The position numbers and the translations under genes are program-made. The notes under the pieces are model-generated. The model was not told where the DNA came from. It did not search any database and saw nothing but the letters and a program-made list of their open reading frames with translations. Source: a bacterium (GTDB lineage: Bacteria > Patescibacteriota > Patescibacteriia > JAACEG01). Taken from it: a stretch of 29,383 bases of DNA. Positions 23,645 through 29,383 of the stretch are shown here, one piece after another. Location of the stretch: NCBI GenBank assembly GCA_027040785.1, contig JALULG010000079.1, forward strand, positions 1-29,383, written 5' to 3'. How positions within the stretch are numbered: the stretch's first letter is position 1; every line of letters begins with the position of its first letter.

Positions 23645-24625
23645 ATGTTTTTACATACTTATCACCCGCAATCCGTTATTTTTTCCATTGGAAAAATTCA
23701 ATTTTATTGGTATGGTCTTTGCGTAAGTTTGGGAATTGTTTCCGGCTTGATTGTTGTTCAAAAATTAGCTGAAAAATACAAAATCAATAAAGAAAAAATT
23801 TTGGATTTTGCCATCTATATTATTGTTTTCGCCTTTTTGGGAGCCCGTATTTATGATGTTTTATTGGAACTGCCTTATTATCTAAATCACCCTTTAAATG
23901 TTTTTAAATTTTGGCGAGGAGGTCTGGCAATTCATGGCGGAATTATCGGCGCTTTATTGGCCAGTTTTCTTTATTTTAAAAGGGGTTATTTCCAAATCCC
24001 GATTTTTGCCAATTTTCCCAAATTTCGCCTGCGACTTGTTGAAAAAATTCTATCAATATGCCATATTGATAAATTTTTTTCAACAGCGTCTCGGCTGAAA
24101 TTTAAAAAAATTCATCAAAAACAGGATCTGGCAACAACCCCAAAAAAATTCAAATTAAAATTTTGGCTAACCGCTGACATTGCCGTTGTCGGCTTGGCTT
24201 TGGGACAAGCCATTGGTCGTTGGGGAAATTATTTTAACCAAGAACTTTACGGTTTACCAACCAATCTCCCCTGGGGAATCCCTATAGATCAATCACACCG
24301 ATCAAATTTCTTATATCAAAACGCTGAATTTTTTCACCCGACTTTTTTATATGAATCAATTCTGAATTTTTTAAATTTTTTACTGCTTTTATATTTACAC
24401 AAAAAAAGACTTTCCCAAAAACATAAAAATAAATTTTTAGCCACCGGAAATATTTTTTTGATTTATTTAATGAATTACGGCTTAATAAGATTTTTCTTAG
24501 AGTTTATCAAAATAGACAAAACCCCGCTTGTTTTCGGGGTTCGCTTTCCTCAGCTCGTTAGTCTCTTGCTTTTTATTTTTATTGTGTTAGCATTAAGTTA
24601 TCGGATAAAAAAAATCAAAAATTAG
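23645..24625 (+). CDS. lgt: Prolipoprotein diacylglyceryl transferase with a ~50-aa loop insertion
   Basis: WYG, GARIY, GGLAIHGG, GQAIGRWGNYFNQELYG, HPTFLYES motifs. Confidence 0.96.
   Translation: MFLHTYHPQSVIFSIGKIQFYWYGLCVSLGIVSGLIVVQKLAEKYKINKEKILDFAIYIIVFAFLGARIYDVLLELPYYLNHPLNVFKFWRGGLAIHGGIIGALLASFLYFKRGYFQIPIFANFPKFRLRLVEKILSICHIDKFFSTASRLKFKKIHQKQDLATTPKKFKLKFWLTADIAVVGLALGQAIGRWGNYFNQELYGLPTNLPWGIPIDQSHRSNFLYQNAEFFHPTFLYESILNFLNFLLLLYLHKKRLSQKHKNKFLATGNIFLIYLMNYGLIRFFLEFIKIDKTPLVFGVRFPQLVSLLLFIFIVLALSYRIKKIKN
24020..24103. repeat. 84-nt palindrome inside lgt coding sequence
   Basis: AAATTTCGCC TGCGAC T TGTTGAAAAAATTCTATCAATATG-C-CATATTGATAAATTTTTTTCAACA GCGTCTC GGCTGAAATTT folds into one long imperfect hairpin; exactly 28 codons. 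Confidence 0.8.
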
Positions 24626-24951
24626 TTTTCGTGCTTGTCGTGCCTACTCTTAGCTGATAATTGAATGACTTTTTCAAAATCATCATTATCAGCTATTTTA
24701 TTTACATTTCTTTTTCCACATTTCTGACAAGAATAAATTATCATTATTTTTTCTCTTTTTCTCACTTCTATTCCAATCGGTTTCATTAAACCGAAACATT
24801 GAGATTTTCTGTCTCCGGGAATTTCGTCATCAACATGCAAACTCCATAAGCAAAAAGGGCAATGATCAACATAAGCTCCGCCCATAAATTCCTGCCCGCA
24901 TTTTTGACAAATTACTTTTTCTTTTTTCGGTTTAATAAAATGTTTCGGCAT
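24622..24951 (-). CDS. RNHCP-domain (Zn-binding) protein, 109 aa
   Basis: CxxC...VDHCPFCLWSLHVD..PGDR...C.GLMKP...CxxC pattern of the RNHCP family. Confidence 0.85.
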   Translation of the reverse strand: MPKHFIKPKKEKVICQKCGQEFMGGAYVDHCPFCLWSLHVDDEIPGDRKSQCFGLMKPIGIEVRKREKIMIIYSCQKCGKRNVNKIADNDDFEKVIQLSAKSRHDKHEN

Positions 24952-25049
24952 TGTTTAAAATAATATTTAATCATATTTTACTATTTTAAAAAAATTTTAC
25001 AATAAGTTTAAAATTAAGTATTATAAAGTTATTGAAGTAAAAAATAATT

Positions 25050-27917
25050 ATGCCTATTCCGCAATTAGATAAAAAAAACATTATTATACCTAAAAAAATA
25101 TCTCCCAAAAAACGAAAAAAACGAAAAAAAAGTTTTTTTAAAAAAATCATTTTCACTACCTTAAAGTTATCTTTAATCGGAGGTATTTTAGGGGCTTTGT
25201 TTCTCGGAGGAACAATTCTTTGGTTTTCACGTGATTTACCCAGTCCGGACAAATTGATAGAAAGAAAAATCCCTTTAAGCACCAAAATATTTGATCGCAC
25301 CGGTAAAAACGTCTTATATGAAATACATGGCAACCAAAAAAGAACCTTCATTCCAATAGAAGAAATCCCCAAATATACCATTCAAGCAACCATTGCTATG
25401 GAAGACAAGCATTTTTTTGAACACAAAGGTTTTTCGTTGTGGGGAATTTTTCGCGGAGTGGTTATCGCCAAATTGCAAGGCAAAAGAATGCAAGGCGGTT
25501 CCACAATTACTCAACAATTAATTAAAAACGCTATCTTAACCAATGAAAGATCTGTAAAAAGAAAAATCAAAGAATTGATTTTAGCTTGGCGAATAGAAAA
25601 AAAATTCAATAAAGAAGAAATTTTGCAAATGTATTTTAATGAAATTCCTTACGGATCAACCGCTTACGGAATTGAGGCGGCCAGCAATCTTTATTTTAAC
25701 AAACATGTCAAAAATTTAACTATTGCCGAAAGCGCCATTTTAGCAGCTCTCCCCAAAGCGCCAACTTATTATTCTCCTTATGGATCGCATAAAGATAAAT
25801 TAATTACACGCCAAAGATATATTTTAAAATTAATGCTTGAGCAAGGATACATAGATGAAGAACAATACAAAGAAGCTTTAAACGAGGAACTGCATTTTCA
25901 TCCTCACAAAGAAAAAATTATTGCTCCTCATTTTGTAATGTACATCAAAGAATTATTAACCAAAAAATACGGTGAAAAAATGGTTGAACAAGGAGGTTTA
26001 TCAGTAATAACAACTTTGGATCTTTACAAACAAAAAAAAGCTGAAGAAGCGATTGAAAAATATGCTCAAAAAAATGAAGAAAAATATAATGCCACCAATG
26101 AAGCTTTGGTAGCGATTGATCCGAAAACAGGACAAATACTCGCCATGGTTGGATCCCGAGATTACTTTGATATGAAAAATGACGGAAATGTTAACGTGGC
26201 TATCAGATTAAGACAGCCGGGATCTTCTTTAAAGCCATTAGTTTATGCCACTGCTTTCAGTATCGGCTACACACCGGAAACAATTCTCTATGATGTTAAA
26301 ACAAATTTCGGTGTTCAAGGGGCTAAAGAATATATTCCTTACAATTATGATTTAAAATTCAGAGGACCAATTACCATTAGAAAATCATTAGGTGGTTCAT
26401 TAAATGTGCCGGCTGTCAAGACTTTATATTTGGTTGGTATAGATAAAGTAATTGAAAATGCTCAAAAAATGGGTTATACCACTTTAAACGATAAAAAAAG
26501 ATTTGGTTTATCATTGGTTCTTGGTGGCGCCGAAGTTAAACTTTTGGAACATGTTGGCGCTTACGGCACTTTTGCCCGAGACGGCTTATACCACAAACCG
26601 GTCGGGATATTGGAAATAAAAAACAGTCAAGGAAAAACCATTGAAAAATACACCAAAAACGAAAAACGTATTTTCAGTGAACAAACAGCCAGATTACTAA
26701 ACGACGTTTTATCTGATAATTCCGCGCGAGCTTGGGCTTTTGGAGAAAACAATAATCTTGTTTTAAAATCAAGACCGGTCGCGGCTAAAACGGGAACAAC
26801 TAACGATTATCGCGACGCCTGGACAATCGGTTATACACCGTCATTAGTTGCCGGGGTTTGGGTTGGAAACAATAACGGAAAAGCCATGAAAAGAGGCGCC
26901 GGTGGATCCACGGTTGCCGCTCCGATTTGGAGAACTTTTATGCAAAGCGTATTGGGTGATCCCAAAACCGGATCACCTGTGGAAACCTTTACAAAACCTA
27001 AAAAAGAAGAAATTAAAAAAGCTATTTTAAAAGGTGAAATAGGCGAAGAAATTATTTTAAAAATAGATAAATTTTCTCAAAAATTGGCAACAGAATACAC
27101 TCCGGAAGAAGCTGTTGAAGAAAAAAAATTCAAAGAAATACATTCTATCTTATATTATGTTGATAAAAATAATCCGCGCGGGGAGAAGCCGGAACATCCG
27201 GAAAACGACCCTCAATTTAATGCCTGGGAAAAAGGCATAAAAGAGTGGTTAAAAAATTTAAAAGAAGAAGACAGGAAAAAATTTGATTATGATTTACCAC
27301 CAACCGAATATGACGATCTACATATACCGGAAAATCAACCAACTCTTCTTGTAAACAATATCAAAGACAATCAAAATATCACCAATGACGAATTTTTTAT
27401 AGATATCACCACTTCGGCGCCAAGAGGGGTTAAAAAGGTAAAATACTGGATAGATAATACTTTAATAGATACTGTTACAATGGAACCTTTTGATCTGTAT
27501 TGGATAGTGGACAGTTTAAACGGGGAACATATTTTAAAAATAAGCAGTTATGATGATGTTTTAAACAGTAAAACAATATCAATCCCTATTAACATCAATA
27601 TAAACTACAAACCCTTGGAAATCATTTGGTTAAGTCCGGTTAATAATCAAACTGTTTTTAATGCAAATTTCCCTTTAACAATATCAACTGTTTTTTCCAG
27701 AATAAACAGAATTAACAAAATAGATTTTTATGCTAAAAATTTATCCGATCAGAAAAAAATATTAATAAATTCAATTATCAAACCAAAAAAGAAAAATATT
27801 TCCATTCAATGGAATAAAAAACCGAATAAAAATGGTTTTTATAAAATATTTTTAATTGTTTCAAATATTGATGGAAGTAAAATCAACAACAAAGGAGTTT
27901 TAATTAAAATAAAATAA
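25050..27917 (+). CDS. Class A penicillin-binding protein (PBP1A family) with C-terminal Ig-like domains
   Basis: Transglycosylase motifs EDKHF, GGSTITQQLIKN, RKIKE; transpeptidase SSLK, SLN, KTG; N-terminal TM anchor. Confidence 0.95.
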   Translation: MPIPQLDKKNIIIPKKISPKKRKKRKKSFFKKIIFTTLKLSLIGGILGALFLGGTILWFSRDLPSPDKLIERKIPLSTKIFDRTGKNVLYEIHGNQKRTFIPIEEIPKYTIQATIAMEDKHFFEHKGFSLWGIFRGVVIAKLQGKRMQGGSTITQQLIKNAILTNERSVKRKIKELILAWRIEKKFNKEEILQMYFNEIPYGSTAYGIEAASNLYFNKHVKNLTIAESAILAALPKAPTYYSPYGSHKDKLITRQRYILKLMLEQGYIDEEQYKEALNEELHFHPHKEKIIAPHFVMYIKELLTKKYGEKMVEQGGLSVITTLDLYKQKKAEEAIEKYAQKNEEKYNATNEALVAIDPKTGQILAMVGSRDYFDMKNDGNVNVAIRLRQPGSSLKPLVYATAFSIGYTPETILYDVKTNFGVQGAKEYIPYNYDLKFRGPITIRKSLGGSLNVPAVKTLYLVGIDKVIENAQKMGYTTLNDKKRFGLSLVLGGAEVKLLEHVGAYGTFARDGLYHKPVGILEIKNSQGKTIEKYTKNEKRIFSEQTARLLNDVLSDNSARAWAFGENNNLVLKSRPVAAKTGTTNDYRDAWTIGYTPSLVAGVWVGNNNGKAMKRGAGGSTVAAPIWRTFMQSVLGDPKTGSPVETFTKPKKEEIKKAILKGEIGEEIILKIDKFSQKLATEYTPEEAVEEKKFKEIHSILYYVDKNNPRGEKPEHPENDPQFNAWEKGIKEWLKNLKEEDRKKFDYDLPPTEYDDLHIPENQPTLLVNNIKDNQNITNDEFFIDITTSAPRGVKKVKYWIDNTLIDTVTMEPFDLYWIVDSLNGEHILKISSYDDVLNSKTISIPINININYKPLEIIWLSPVNNQTVFNANFPLTISTVFSRINRINKIDFYAKNLSDQKKILINSIIKPKKKNISIQWNKKPNKNGFYKIFLIVSNIDGSKINNKGVLIKIK

Positions 27918-27926
27918 AAATTCAAC

Positions 27927-27965
27927 AACAATAAAAGCCGATTTGTTTCAGCTTTTATTGTTTTT
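27927..27965. terminator. Bidirectional terminator between PBP and dnaN
   Basis: AACAATAAAAGC...GCTTTTATTGTT followed by T-tract. Confidence 0.7.
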
Positions 27966-27974
27966 TGTAAAAAA

Positions 27975-29126
27975 TTAAGATCGTATTGGCATTATAATAT
28001 ATAAATAATCTTTATTTTTAGTTGAGTTTAACAAACAAGGAGTATCTTTGTTTACCAATAAAATTCTCACATCATCACCTTCAATATGTTGTAATCCGTC
28101 CAATAAATATCTATAATTAAGTGTTATTTCATTATCATCACCTTTAATGGTTATAGGTATCTTTGATAAATTCTCACCCGTTTCCGTATTGGCGGAAAAA
28201 ACCGTTAATTCATTGGTTTTGTTTAAAAAACTGATCTTTATACTATCAACACCACTTTTGGTAAAAAGACTACTTTTCTTAATGGTTTTAATCAAGTCAT
28301 TTTTATCAACAACAACATCTGTGTTTATATCGGTTGGAATCACTTCTTTATACTCGGGATATTTTCCTTCGATTAATTTAGAAACTATTTCTATATTATT
28401 TTCCGGACCAATATTTAAATCGGAAAAATTAAACAATATTTGATTATCAGTAGATATTGAAATATTAATATAAGAATCCTTATCAGAAGAAAGATCGTTT
28501 TTTACAATACTTAAAACTCTTAATATTTCTTGTAAAGTCCTGGCCGGAACTATTATTTTATTTTTTTTCTTATTTGATGTTTTAAAAGGTATCTTTTTTT
28601 CAGCTAAACGATAACTATCCGTTGCGGCTATGGTTAATTTATCATCAAAATCAAAAACAACTCCGTTTATTTCCGGACGAGAATTGTTTAAAGCTACAGC
28701 AAATATTACACCGGACACTCCTTCTTTAAAATCTTTAACGGAAACAGTATAAATATTTTCTTTTTCAAGTTCCGGAATAACCGGAAACTCTTCGGGATTA
28801 TTTCCTTTAAATCTTGTTTTACTATTTGACGTTTTAATATTTAATTCATTTTCTATCAATTCAATACTAACTTGATTATTGGTTAATAAATTTACATAAT
28901 CTGAAAAAACTTTTGCCGGAACGGTAAAAACACCTTCTTTTTCCACTTTTCCTCTAATAAGACAATTTATTCCTATTTCCAAATTAGTGGTTGATAGTTT
29001 GATGACATTATTTTTTGCTTTTATCAAAACATTATTTAATATTGGTAAATTAATATTTTTAGCGGTTATGTTACTTACTATTGAGAGTCCTTGATTTAAA
29101 TTATCTTGTAAACAAATTAATTTCAT
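27975..29126 (-). CDS. dnaN: DNA polymerase III beta sliding clamp
   Basis: LPILNNVLI, TTNLEIGI, ATDSYRLAE, LIEGKYPEY, LNYRYLLDGL, YIIMPIR. Confidence 0.97.
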   Translation of the reverse strand: MKLICLQDNLNQGLSIVSNITAKNINLPILNNVLIKAKNNVIKLSTTNLEIGINCLIRGKVEKEGVFTVPAKVFSDYVNLLTNNQVSIELIENELNIKTSNSKTRFKGNNPEEFPVIPELEKENIYTVSVKDFKEGVSGVIFAVALNNSRPEINGVVFDFDDKLTIAATDSYRLAEKKIPFKTSNKKKNKIIVPARTLQEILRVLSIVKNDLSSDKDSYINISISTDNQILFNFSDLNIGPENNIEIVSKLIEGKYPEYKEVIPTDINTDVVVDKNDLIKTIKKSSLFTKSGVDSIKISFLNKTNELTVFSANTETGENLSKIPITIKGDDNEITLNYRYLLDGLQHIEGDDVRILLVNKDTPCLLNSTKNKDYLYIIMPIRS

Positions 29127-29169
29127 ATTTTTATATAATTTATTTATATATAAAGTAAAATAATATTAT

Positions 29170-29383
29170 TAATAAAGATGTGGATAAAGCTAAAAAATGC
29201 TTAAAATTCTTTTATTAATGGTATATGGTTTTGTAGATAAGTCGTGGATAAGTCGTGGATGAACTTGGTTTTATTTTGTTTATAAAAGTAATTTTTAAAA
29301 AGGTCTATTTTATAAACAGAATGTTCACACAGTTATAATGATAATTATACACAAAATATCCACAATTTATCCACAAATAATAT
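29170..29383. promoter_or_regulatory. Probable oriC segment with DnaA boxes
   Basis: TGTGGATAA (29179), TGTAGATAA (29232), CGTGGATAA (29243), CGTGGATGA (29254), TTATACACA (29345), ATATCCACA (29356), TTATCCACA (29367) in AT-rich DNA upstream of dnaN. Confidence 0.85.

Overview
AT-rich bacterial window (about 30% GC by eye) that looks like a Patescibacteria/CPR (Parcubacteria-like) chromosome next to its replication origin. This taxon call is inference from gene content and style; TGA is used as a stop, so the code is standard code 11. The core genes are an O-antigen-ligase-like protein, ppsA, lgt, an RNHCP-domain protein, a class A PBP, dnaN and DnaA boxes. Between about 2.6 and 15.3 kb lies a mosaic accessory region. 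Its centre is a four-gene, GC-richer ubiquitin-like protein-conjugation operon: coiled-coil+E2-like, JAB/JAMM peptidase, ThiF/E1 and a Ubl ending KIKGNC. A strong promoter and a ~1.06 kb hairpin-rich non-coding leader precede it. About 750 nt of non-coding, highly base-paired sequence with several candidate pseudoknots follows it and may be a large ornate ncRNA. Further right are a ~65% GC DHH-like gene split by an in-frame TAG, three AAA+/DUF4143 ATPase paralogs whose stop codons all abut the same GTTCTTTGAAAA motif, two TrmB-like regulators and periodic CGCAGA repeat elements. Also present: a REP-like palindrome family at four loci, a PEP-CTERM-type sorted protein, and an 84-nt palindrome inserted in frame in lgt. 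All RNA structures were derived by hand and all family calls rest on motif recognition; no database searches were run.
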